Assembly: GCA_001724265.1 (NCBI GenBank)
Contig: MEDY01000063.1
Location: forward strand, 1-64,000
From: Rhizaria sp. SCN 62-66
Taxonomy: Eukaryota
DNA: 64,000 nt
Direction: 5' to 3'
Below, one piece after another: positions 36,450-48,425 of this stretch. The notes beneath the pieces were generated by a model. It worked only from the letters and a program-made list of their open reading frames with translations. It was not told the DNA's origin and did not search any database. Within the stretch, counting starts at the first letter, position 1. The number at the start of each line of letters is the position of its first letter. The translations under genes and the position numbers were made by a program.

Positions 36450-37845
36450 TTAGATGTTCTCCTCATCGCGGTCCTCGACCTCGTCGTACTCATTGCCGCG
36501 CGCCGACTGGCGCACGCGTCCGCGCCGCGCGGCCTCGAGCGCCTCGTCTTCCGAATCGCCGTCGCGCTCGGCGCCCTCGGCAGAGAGCGAGCGCAGCACG
36601 CCGTGGCGGCCCGACTTGAGGCGCGCAATCAGGTCCGCGGTGGAGAAGTCATCCTGCTCGTCGCCGATGCCCGAGAAGCCCTGGATGCGGTCGACGGCGA
36701 TGCCGTCCTTGAAGAGGACGACCGTAGGCAGGATCTTGATCTGCAGCTTGTCGACGAAGAAGGGCGACTTTTCGGCGTCGAGCCGGATGAAGCGCGTCGG
36801 CAGGTACTTGCGCGCCAGGATCGCGAGATGCTTGTCCATGATCTTGCTGCGCTCAAACTCCTGCAGAGAGACAGTGTGATGAAGCAAAGCAAGAACAAAG
36901 TGATACAGAGTGAGCATAAACCAGACTTAACGAGGACATTTGTGATTATAATTAAGGTTCGCACCATAAAAAGCGTTTAAATAATCATGCATCCAGAACA
37001 GTACTACTTGTAAGTCAACAATGAACGACAGTTCTCGTCGTTTATCTTTTGCTTGTGTTTAGTAGAGTAACGTACGTGGTGGAAGATGTGGCAGATGGCA
37101 TACTTGGACTTGGTGACGGCGGGCAGGAACTCGTCCTGAGTCACGATGCGGTACTCACCGTGGCCCTGGTTGCGGTACTGGGAGATCACGCCGGCAGACT
37201 TAGCCATCTCGGCCGCGCGGGCAGCGCGGATCCTGTGTTGAGCGTCAGAGCATGGAACAAAGAAGAAAGACAAAACAAGAGGATATCTCGTCAGAATTAA
37301 GGGATACAGAAAACAACCCCATGAAATCCGTTTGAAACAAGAATGTAAACATGGATGATGACTGGTAATTAATTCGGCGGAGATATGCATGCAGAATGCT
37401 CGGTGGAAGCGCGGCCCCGTACCTGTCGAGCGCGGCGTCGGCATCGCCGAAGAGGTCATCGTCGCTGTCGGCGCCGGCGTCGCCCGTAGCGTTGCCGTGG
37501 TCCAACCCGTCGCTCTTGTTGCGGAAAACGTCGTGCGTGTTGTCGGCCTCGCCGTCGGTGCCCCGGACGTCACTCTTGGCGTTGGCCATAGAGACATCCT
37601 TGTGCTCACCGGTCTTGACACGGTACTCGTCGTCGACGCCCCACGTGCGCTTCTTGGGCGCGCCGCGCAGCGCCTTGGACATGCTGTCCGCCATGAAGGC
37701 GCCCTGTGTAAACTGCTGGTTGTCCTTGAGCTTCAACATCGACCACTGTGATGCGCGCAGAGCGGGCGAGACGCAGAAGGGCAGATGAGTGCAACGGATG
37801 GGAGCGGGGAAGAGAAGTCAGTCGGTTGGGATGGTTAAACACCAT
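36450..37845 (-). CDS. TXNDC9: Phosducin-like thioredoxin-domain protein TXNDC9/PhLP3, about 297 aa
   Basis: Exons 37845-37843 (ATG only, tentative; alternative start at 37739), 37745-37423, 37232-37076 and 36860-36450. Motifs GHGEYR..EFLPAVTKS..CHIFHH|EFERSKIMDKHL..DAEKSPFFVDKLQIKILPTVVLFKDG..DRIQGF. Confidence 0.9.
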
Positions 37846-38461
37846 TTCACGAGAAAGCAAAAACAGAAATAAAATTTAATTCAGTTTATAATCCATTGAT
37901 ATTGTTATTATTGTCACATAGCGGCAGGGTATGTGCGTTGATTCGTTCAAAGATGGGCTTCATTTCAAATCACTCGCAACCGCTCGCCTCCACTCGCGTC
38001 GGTCAGCCGCGGGTAGCCGTTTCTGCCGCTGCACGTATTTGACAGTTTAACGCATGTCTTAACATAATGGATAGTTTTTCTTCTAACCCCAAGATACCAT
38101 GTAAAAAGCGTGCATTTATGTCTATTGACAATGTTATTATTTCATTTAAGCTTGATGATCAGCCTGTATCCCTGCATCTTCTTGACTGACACTGCAAGTG
38201 CTTAGTGCGCGCTTGTCATTTATCAACTGCAGTCAAAGCTAGACGAACAGATATTAAAATTATAGAGTCGAATTGTTTTCTTTATTAACGCGTTCACTTG
38301 AATAACGCAAATATCTCTTTGTCTGGAACGCGTCTTGTAATGCATATATAATGCTTTTTGTAGTTTGTTTCTTTCCTCGTTTTAAGTTACTCTATCTTGT
38401 TCAAGTCGTCACATCCGACTTCAGGACAACATCATCCTAAAATTTGTGTTCACATGTATGT

Positions 38462-39664
38462 TCACATGCGGCCAGTTGCTTGGAACAGCCGGTTCCCGCT
38501 TGAGTGCCCGGCTAAGTACCCCTTAGCCGTCCGCCCGTCGCCACCGCCCACACCTACATTGCCGCCACCGCCCCCGTAGTGGTAGCCCCCCCCAGCTCCC
38601 TGCTGAGCACTGCCGCCGCCGCCGTAGCTGTGAAGGCTTGCGCCGACATTGCCGCTGTTGGCGTTGTTTTCGCTGTTGACGCTAGCGCCGCGCTGGCCGA
38701 AGAGACTGCCCACGGCGGCGCCCGGCCTCGGCGTCGCAGCCGTCGCCAGCTGACTGTGGGCGGCGAGGTGACTGTGAGCGGGGTGACCGTAGGCAGTCGC
38801 CGCGGCAGGGGTGGCGGCGCCGCCGCGGTAGAGGCCGAGCGCGCCGCCGCCGCCACCGCCGCCGCCCCCGCCTGTCGCCATAGGAGCATTGGCACCGGCG
38901 CTGGCGCTAGGGTTGGGGATGTTGCTGAGAGCGCGGGGCGTTTGGGCAGGGTTGTAGTGGTAGCCGCCGCCGTCGCCACCGCCACCGCCGCCGACAACAC
39001 CCTGCTGCTGCTGCTGCTGCTGGCTACGGAAGCCATAGCCGACGCTGCCGTTGTTGCTGCCGCCTGCAGGCGTCGCCGTGTTTGCACCGTAACTGTTGGC
39101 GGTCGTGGAGCTGCCACGGAAGCCGTGCACAGGCCTGTTGCTGTTGCCACCGTTGTTGTTGTTATTGTTGTTGTTGTACAGTGACGGCGTCGCGGCGCTT
39201 TTGTTGCCATAGCTGTTGCTGCTGCTGCTGCTGTTGTTGTTGTTGGGGGTCGAGACTGGGCCAGGGCCAGGGGTGGCCGCGGCAGAGTTCATCGCGGATC
39301 GGTACAAAGATAAGCCGCCACCGGTTCCACCGGCACCAGTGGCGCCCATGGCCTGCTGCTGGTGCTGACTGTGCTCGCGGTCGCGCTGCTCACGGTCGCG
39401 GCGGTACAGAGACGCACTCGACTGAGCCAGAGACTGCTGCTGCTGCTGACTGCAGTGATCGCTGCTCTGCCCGCTGTTGATATAACTGTGGCCGAGACTG
39501 TGGCCGTGGGCGTGCGTGAGCGCAAGTTGGCTGCCCGCCGCGGGCCCCGGGGCGTTGGCGCTCACGCCGACAGCGCCGTTGGCGGCGTTGCTGCCGGCGC
39601 TGACGCCGTGTCCGGCAGGGGCGGTGCGGGGCCGCGGGGCCGAGGGCACGACGAACGTGTTGCC

Positions 39665-39704
<40 letters not shown>

Positions 39705-41181
39705 TTGCTGCTGCTTTGGCCGCCGGGGATGGTGTTGGTGTCGGGGACGACCGACTCGAACATGCGCTGGAGGCGTTGCTTGGCCCTACACACGTCGCAG
39801 GCATAACACACCCACGAGACAAGCAAAGTTAGCACTTGGACACATCGCAAAATCACCATTCAAATACACGACAGGATAACACATCACAGCACAAAATGTC
39901 ACAGTATATCGAATATATGCAAAACACATGATGCAAAAAATGGTTCGCACATTGTTATTATTGCCCACGTACCGCGTGGTCTCGTCCAGGTCCGTCTCGA
40001 GTCGGTGCAGCTCGCGGGCCTGCGCCGCGCAGTCGCGGGCCTTGGCTGCACACTCGCGCTCCAGCGCGGCCACGCGGCCCGACTGCGCGCCCAGCTCGCT
40101 GCGGGCCGAGTCCTGAGCCGGCCGGGTGTGCATGGAGAGACAGACAGGTGGGCGGGTGATAGCGCGTGATGTGTTAGAGAATGATAATAAGGCAGTGTGG
40201 TGATGGCGAGAGAGAGTGTAACAGTGAGATTGAGTGTCAGAACGTGGGATATCAACTGAAACAGAGTACAAGAGTGTGACATCAAAGACAAGTTAGCGTT
40301 ACTTTGTTTGATTTTGCGTTGTATCGATTTGTTTATCTTAGTGTGTAACAACGTACCAGTTCTCTCTGGAGCGCAGCACGCTCCTAGGCCGCGGTGGCCG
40401 CGGCCGCCGCGGTGGCCGCCGCAGCCGCTGCAGCAACGGCCGCCGGCGTGGCTGTGTTCGCGGAAGCCGCGGCCGCGGCGGCAGAAGCCAGGTCGTGCTG
40501 AAGACGGGCGAGGTGCAAGGAGCGGTGGTAGTCCCAAAAGCCGCATGCGGTGTGCGCCAGCTCCAGGACTGCGGGGCGAAACGGGGAGGAAGAGTGAAAA
40601 GTGAGCAGATTTTATCGCTATATGAAGCGTTTTAGTCACCAAGAAGGCATTTTTCCAGGAGATGAAGAGAGAGTGGAACGTACTAGTGCCAGGCGCAAGG
40701 CCGTAGAGGACGCGGCGGACCTTGTTCGGGTCCAGGTTCAGCTGCTCAATGTCGGTGTCCCTGCAAAACGGAGAAAAAATTGTAAGAAAACACAGTGAGT
40801 GAAACAAAAATGAACGGTATCAAGGTCTATGTGATGAATAAAGGCTTTGGCTTGCGGAAATGAGTGACCGAGCCATGGTATGGAAACGAACCTCTGTAGC
40901 GAGCGGAAGCACGCAGGGCACTGCAAGACGGAGTGGTAGCTGAACGAAGCCTTAGCGCATTCGTTGCCTGGTGAGAAAAAAAGGAATCGACGGTGAGCGG
41001 GGAGTAGGCGCGGACGGTTCAAGTGGAAAGAGACTGGGAGTTTTGAGGACGTGAGGTGTGAAGCTGGCGAACCAGATAACGTACAGAAGATGTGGCTACA
41101 CGACGTCACCGCCGCGGCGGGTTCCGTCAAATTAGCGAAACACTTGTTGCAAGTCAGAAACTCGCTTTTAGTATCTCCCAT
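38462..41181 (-). CDS. HEI10: Meiotic RING E3 ligase HEI10/CCNB1IP1, 642 codons, with an in-frame TAG at codon 145
   Basis: Exons 41181-41085, 40967-40892, 40760-40684, 40568-40357, 40112-39973 and 39785-38462. RING (CNKC..VTSCSHIFC..C..CPAC), LYGLAPGTILELAHTACGFWDY, a coiled coil ending RAKQRLQRMFE, then a low-complexity tail. The TAG is at 40386-40384. Confidence 0.8.
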
Positions 41182-41655
41182 TTCCCATCAAAGGACGCAA
41201 AAACCAAGCAAAAATTCAAATGACCTCGAGACCATTTATTTTTCAAGTTGTACTTGACCCCGGTCAACAAAGACGAACACGAACACTCAGCCGACGACTT
41301 TGATATAGCGCGACCAAATTGAGACTTTTTGCGTTTTCATTTACATTTATGTATTAATATCATCAAATAAAAACACTTATGTTGTCAATTTTGTTACATA
41401 TACAAGCAGAATCGAGATAAAGCTGTTAAACACCAACAAAGTCTGAGCTTGTTTCATCGTTTCTGTTATCGACAGCTATCTCGTGTCTAACATCTCTACT
41501 TCTTCATACGTATCGAATATCATATTATTCTCTATCTATTGCCTTTCATCATGGCAATCACTGAGCTTCAAACTCATCTTCCATCCCATCCTAACTAATC
41601 GCTAGCACTGCTGCGACTGAAGCTCAGCTTAGGCTCTCGCACGCTGCTCAGTTTC

Positions 41656-44600
41656 TTACGCGAACTGCGCACCGAGGGGCTGGAGCGTCTTGCCGTCGTG
41701 CTGGAAGTTCTTGGCGGAGTTGTCGCGCACCTTGCAGTACTCGGTCACGGCGACGAACCAGGCGACCTTGGCGATGATACCGTTACCGATCTTGACCTGA
41801 GTGTCGAGCTCGCTGCGGCGCGCCACCTTCTCCTTCTCCGTGAAGCGCTCGTACTCGCGGCTCTGCTCCATGATCATCTTGGTCGTCTGCGCCGAAGCCA
41901 CAACCTCCTCGGCCACGCGCTTCAGGTTGCCCAGCACGCGGTCCAGCGAAGCCTTGTCCTTAAGCTTGAGCAGCAGCTCGACGCGGTTCTGCACCGCAGG
42001 CCAGTAGCGCCGGTACGCGTTGGCGCCCTCGCCCAGCGGCACCAGCCAGAAGTCCAGGATCATGCGCAGCGCGATCAGGATGTTCAGGCACAGCTGGATC
42101 TTGGGCGCATTCACGTGGTCCTTGAGCGTCGACACCAGCGCCATGCCGTCCTCCTCCTACACAGTGGCAGGTTCGCAAAGAAAGCGAATAAGACATATTG
42201 AGGTGAGATAAATGACAAATAGCGTAAAGATAAAGATACATATAGATATTGCAGTAGGCGACACACATATATAAAATTTAATTGACAGCACATGTTATAT
42301 ATATATATATATATATAAAACAAGGCGTACCTGCAGTTTCTTGGGCGAGTAGCGCGCGCGCGCCATGACCTCGCCGGCGTGGAGGTAGATGGTGCCCAGC
42401 GCCGAGGTGACCTTGATGAGGATGTGGTGGTACTGGTGGTGCCGCGCGACGAGCCGCGCCAGGTGGTGGTGCGCGAGGTTCTCCATGAGCACGCCGAGCA
42501 CCTCGCGGTCGGGCGCGAGCTTGGTGATGAGCGTGGCCACGCGTTCCAGCACGCGCGGGTGGTAGCGCTCCTGCCGCGGCGTGCTCGCGTCGAACGGCAC
42601 CAGGAAGTGGATCAGCTTGCGCGCCAGGTCCGGCTGCGTGAGCACCACGTAGGGCTCGGCGCGCAGCTTGTTGGTGTAGGCGACGGCGATGATGAGGTCG
42701 AGCGCGGCCTCAATCAGCTCCGACGAGCGCGACACGTAGACCCACCAGATGGCCATGCCGACGCCGCCCTTGGCAAAGATGGCCAGCTCGTGGCCCTGGC
42801 CCGCGAGCGCAGAGAGCGCCTGGAAGGCCCACGTCTTGAGGTAGAAGTTGCCGACCTTGACGAGGTTGATCAGCGGGTCCAACAGCAGCTCGTCGTTGAT
42901 CACCTTGCCGCCCGTCTGGATCTTGCGGCAGACGGCGCGCACGAGCTCCAGGTTGTAGAGCTTCGTCACCAGCACGGACCGGTAGAGCCGCGGGACGACG
43001 TTGAGGATGGCGGCGCGCTCCTCCTTGCGCGACTCGAGCTTCTCGAGCCGGCGCGCGCTGTTGTCGATGTATCCCGTGTCGATGAGCGTGCACAGGACCT
43101 CCTCGTTGCAGCTGAAGCCGTTAAGGATGTCAGTCTTGGCCATGCGCTCGACCACAGAGTCACACTGGATGAAGGGGAAACCCTGCGTCGACTTGGAGCT
43201 CGCCTTGGGCTTCTTCTTCATGTACAGAAGAAAGTCGATGATGCGGTCCACCGACCGGTCGTCGCTGCAGTCCGCGGTCACCAGCCTGCGAATAGAAAAG
43301 AAGCAATTACAATCCAAGGCGATATAGATATAGATTGAAGTGTAAGCAAAGGAATCTAGCATAATGCACGGTATGATCTTGGACTATATCGATGCAATTT
43401 GGTGCAATTGGGTGTTATATAATTTACGTACCTGCGCATGGTGAGTTCGTCGGGCAGGACTCCGCCGTCGACGCAGAAGGCGAAGTAGAGCGCAATGCGC
43501 GCGCGCCACTCCTCGCGGAGCGAGTAGCCGCTGCCCAGGTCCTCCTCGCCGCTCTCCAGGTTGACGTTACGCTTCGGTCCACCGTTAGCGCCGCCGCCGG
43601 CCCCGCCGGCCGCCGCGCCGCCCGCGCCCCCGCCGGAGCCCGCGCCGCCCGAGGCGCCGGTGAGCGTGAGGCCAACTTCCTGCTGCTGCTGCTCCTCCTC
43701 CTGCTCCAGCTCGGCCATCAGACGCACAATGATCGAGAGCGGGTCGGCAACGTCCTTGCCGGCGCCGCCCGCGCTGCCCGCCGCCGCGCCGCCGCTGCCG
43801 CCGGCGCCGCCCGCGCCCGCGCCCGCGCCGGTGCTGCCCTTGATCTTGGAGAGGACGGACTGGCAGAACTTGGTGGCGAGCTCGTAGCACTCGACGTCGA
43901 TGAAGCGCGTGCGCGGCACGACGCCCATGATGCTCGACTCGACCTCGGAGAGGAAGTCACGCGTCGACAGCCAGCGCAGCTGCGCGGGCGTGTAGAGCAG
44001 CGTATTTGCGCGCATCTGCATCAGCCAGCGGTCGTAGTAGGTCGGGTGCGAAGTGAGCGTCTTGAGCGTGTTGTAAGCCACCGTGCGCGCCGTGTTCTGC
44101 GTCAGGCTCTGGTGCTTGGCGTGGTAAGCCGCCTGCACCTCGTTCACGCCCTGCAGGTTCTTGGCCACGTGCTTGGCGTAGTCGACCAGGATCGTGTCCA
44201 TGTCGCGGTTCTGCCGCAGCCACGAGCGCCCGTGCTCCTTGAACGGCAGCGGCGCGACGGCCGGGCTCAGCGAGTCGACCAGCGTGTCGAGCGTGGACAT
44301 GAAATCGGGCAGCACCTTGAGCTTGGCGTTGCGCGGGCCGTAAAGCACAAACACCATGTCCTGGAACGTGTCTGCGAAGGGCGGCAGGAAGGCGCGGCGG
44401 CAGCCCATGACGCCGATCTGTCGGTGGGGCGTAAAGATGTGCACGCGGAAGCACGTCCACGTCGACTTGTCGCCCACGATGTTGGCTTTCTTGTGGTACA
44501 AGCCCTTCTCGGGGATGAAGTACTGGTCCTTGGTCACCTCCTGCGCCGTCAGGGCGTGCGCGATCGACTCGACCCAGAAGAAAAAGTCCAGGTTGCTCGT

Positions 44601-46036
44601 GCCCGCGGGCGTGACCTGCACGCCCGCGCCCACGCCGCCGCCGCTCTCGCCGCCGCCGCCGCCGCCGCCGCCGCTGTTGGTGGCGCCGATGCTGTCGGTG
44701 GCGGTCATGTTGAGGCCCAGCGCGTCGCGGCCGCGCGTGAGCGAGGCCAGGTCGGAGAGGTGCCGCGGCGAGTTAAACGTGGTGATGAGCACGGGGTTCT
44801 CGGCCACGCGCCCGCGGCGCTCGAGCGCGATCGTCTCGGAGCTGCGGATGACGTAGGTCGAGCAGGGTCGGTTCGGCAGCGCCTCGTAGCGGTCCACCAT
44901 CTCCTGCGGACCCATGAACATGTAGTCGGCGCGGTGAAACATCCGCAGCTGCGACATGTCGGGCGGCAGCCGCGCGGGCGCCATGTACTGGAACGCCGCG
45001 AGACGCGCGTCGAGCTCGCCGGAGCCCGTGGCGCCACCCGCGCCGCCGGAGCCCGCGGCGCCGCCCACGAGCGTGACGGCGGTCGATGCGGCGCGCTGCG
45101 AGACATCGAGCGAGGCGAAGCGCGTGGGCAGCGAGCTGGCCTCGTTGCGCGTCATCGTGGCGTTGATCTTGAAGCAGATGTGCAGGTTTTCGACGATCTG
45201 CTTGCGAAACGAGGCCGCAAAGCGCAGCGCGAAGGGCACATCGTAGGGCATCGAGTAGGGCGCCTCGGTGGTGGAGCCGTCGGCAGCAGTGAGGGTAGCG
45301 TTGCGGCCCGAGGCGGCCAGCCCGCCGTCAATGACCGCGATGCCCAGCCCGAAGACCTCCTCGCGCTGACGGTCCGCGACGACCTCGGTGAGCGCGTCGT
45401 AGGGCAGAGCCAGGATGATGTGCGGGTTCACCTGGTTCTCGCCGAAGCGGTACTGCGCGGGGATCGGGATGTACTGGCCCTGGATATCACAAAAGCAAAC
45501 AAAGCAACAACAACACAAAAACGAAGCGAAAATGAATGACAGAAATACAGCTGAATGTTAAAATGTACGCCCAACAAGTAGCGTTTATCATCTTTGTTGT
45601 GTGCTATTGGTTGAAGACGTACGGGCGGGGAGCCGGGTCCGAAGTTGGGCTTGAAGGGCGCCCAGCGCGCGAAGGGGTCGACAAGCAGGATCTCCTGCTC
45701 GCAGAAGCAGAGGTAGAGCTCGGGCGACTTGGTGAGGTCGACCTGCGAGGCGAGCGCCGTCGACGAGTACGGCGACGCGTTCTCCGACAGCTTGCGCACC
45801 TCCGTCAGCGTGTGCCGGAAGAGCACTTTGTGGAAGTAGCGCACCTTGTTGACGCCGCCAACCGCGCCGCCGCCGGCCGCGCCGCCGGGGCCGCCCGCCG
45901 CCGAGCCGGCGGCAGAGGTGAGGGCCAGAGCCGAGGACGGCTTCGAGGCGCCCGCGGCGGCGGCGGCGGAGGAGGTGTCATCGCGGCGGAGAAGCTTGTT
46001 CAGCGACGTGAGGCCGATGACTTCGGTCAGGGACAT
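41656..46036 (-). CDS. Large hypothetical protein, 1305 aa, with a C-terminal ARM/HEAT-like helical repeat region
   Basis: Exons 46036-45623, 45479-43432, 43285-42331 and 42156-41656; all GTACG...YAG introns preserve the frame. ARM-like segments include LLDPLINLVKVGNFYLKTWAFQALSALA and IFAKGGVGMAIWWV..LIEAALDLIIAVA. Confidence 0.8.
42296..42316. repeat. (AT)n microsatellite in an intron
   Basis: tatatatata... directly visible. Confidence 0.9.
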
Positions 46037-47108
46037 CGGGGAGCAGCGGGGAGCGAGCGGCGCTGGGGGAGAGCGGCTGCGAACGGGGTGGGAGCGGGTT
46101 AGGCTTTAGGTCGGGAAACTGAGGCTTCTGTGATACGATTGATGCTCGTGTGACAGGGCAGCGCGGCTGCTGCTAGTTGCAAGTGCTGCTGGCGAGTGCG
46201 GCGGTGTCAACGCTGGCGCAAGTATCGTCAGCGACAAAGCGAGACCGAGCGAGCGTGCACTGTGAGAGAACAGGCAAGCAAAGCAGGCGAAGGCTTCGAA
46301 AGCAAAGCAAGAAACCTGCTTAGCTGCAACAAGCTGGCGTTGCCTTAGGAAAAGAGGCGAACGTAACTAAGTGTCAATATTAGGTAAACAACAACGAGTG
46401 GTAGCAAGACATATGTGTGCGGGGTTTAGTGGAGGATTGTAGGAGGCATGATACATTGAAAGAGAGAATAGTGCTGGGCGCCGGTCAGAACGCTGAGGCG
46501 AGCGCTCACGCCAATCTCTCCAGCAGGCGCGTTGGTGCCCCTGGGAAAGAGTCAAATAAAGAGCAATATATTTACGGTGCGGAATATTCATGAATCTAAC
46601 TTACTAAGTTATTAACGTTCAATGGACCCCACCGCAGGACAAGATAGCTCTCAATCGAGGCTCCTTCAAGAAAATCAATTTGAGTTTTTTTCGGTCCAAC
46701 GGCCCAGCCTTCGACAGATGCGATCACTAACCGGTGTACACATCTCGTCAATCAAAGTTCTTAGAATTGAAAACTGTATTTCCTTTCATGCAGTTATTGT
46801 GCAAATCCTGTTCAAGTTGTTTTTTCGAGTTGGGCCATGAATCCAAAGCACATTCATCCACTGAATGCGCCTGCTGGACATTTCTTCTTCGTGATTACTA
46901 CTTAAACACGTGCTAGAAGTGTGGCTAACGAAACTAAAAAGGGTAACCAGCGCAAGACCCATTAAATCAACACATGCACATGATACCCATACATATCTAA
47001 TGCACCGGTGAAACTAATAGTTCATTATTTATCTCCACAAGTCCGTGATAGTGTACCAACTTCACCCGACAAGCAAAGGCATCAAAGCAGCGTTCTTTTG
47101 TTCCGCAA

Positions 47109-47880
47109 TCACGTCATAAACGCGCCCACGCCACCAGTGCCGGCGGAGGTCTGCGTGCGCAGCACGGGCTTGGTGCCGTTGCTGTAGTCAACGAAGTCGG
47201 TCAAGTTCTGGTCGATGAGCGCGTCGAGCCGGTAGGGCACGGCGATCTTCTTGGCGGCGGCCTGCAGGCGCGCAAGCTGGTACTCGCGCTGGGCCACGCG
47301 AGCCGCAAGCTCCGCCTCGCGCGCGCGCCCGGCCGCGACCAGGGCGTCGAAGTTGCTTTGGCGCCACAGGAAGAGGCTGGAGGACGCGAGCAGCCCCCAA
47401 AGCAGCGAGAGGCCGATGACTGTGGCCTTGGTGACGATGTGCTTGCCGAAGAGCAGAAGGTTGATCTCGGTCAGCGAGCTGTTGGCGACGAGCAGCGCGG
47501 CGTGCGCCAGTGTGATGAGTGCGAACAGGGCGGCCGCGACGATGCTCGCCGTCGTGGCGCCACCCTGGGAAGATAGCGGGGTTTACAAAACAAGATTTGA
47601 AGCACAAAATAATAAGTGAATACGGTATGACTTTGACACGCAACGCTAGATTTCATTGGAAATAATATGTCGGAACAACAATCAATAAGTCTTTTTTTTA
47701 TGCGCGTGTGTCGCGAGTTTAGTGTATACGTACGCAGAGGGAAGGTGCTGGCTGGTCGAGGGCGGAGGCATAGGCCTGGGGGGAGGTTGCGGCGGTGTAG
47801 TTGCGCTGAGCTTCCTCCAACGTTGGAACAGGAGGAAGGCGCACCGAGATCACAGGGCGCGGATGCGATTTGAAACACAT
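47109..47880 (-). CDS. Hypothetical membrane protein, 200 aa, with two TM helices and a short coiled coil
   Basis: Exons 47880-47734 and 47564-47109 (GTACGT...CCCAG intron). TM segments IVAAALFALITLAHAALLVA and VIGLSLLWGLLASSSLFLW; stop TGA. Confidence 0.75.
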
Positions 47881-48425
47881 ACAGGCGCGTAGGCAGGCGG
47901 GAGCGCTGCGGTCGGTAGCTGATGGAGTGTGGTGGGGACTGTAGGTTTCGTCGGATAAGACACAAGGAAGACAGCGTAAAATGAGATTATAATTAGATAT
48001 ATATTGAGATAAGCCACGTTCAATTAAGAAATGCTTAAACACAGAGCATTTGACGATGATTGTACGCCAATACGATAGCTGTAAGTTGTGTTCGCTCCCA
48101 CTCATCGCGGCACGACCACAACGGGTCGGACAACGTGTGAGGCAAGCTCCAACGGCTATCTGGTGAGGCGACTTTCGTGAGTCTACAGCGCGATGAAACA
48201 TCCGACTAATCAAAAACAGCTTATATATTCATTGTTAGATTGTTATTTCAGTATGTACATTTTAATTGTATCCCACTGTGACGCTATATAACCCCACTTT
48301 GCCTATCTGTTTTCGCCCCTCTCAGCTCGTTTTCTTTAGCACTTCATCTCGATATCTTTCCCTCTCTCTGCACCAGCTTCCTCCGTGTCCCTACACGCCC
48401 AGGCGTTGTTTTAGCATACTTTTTT

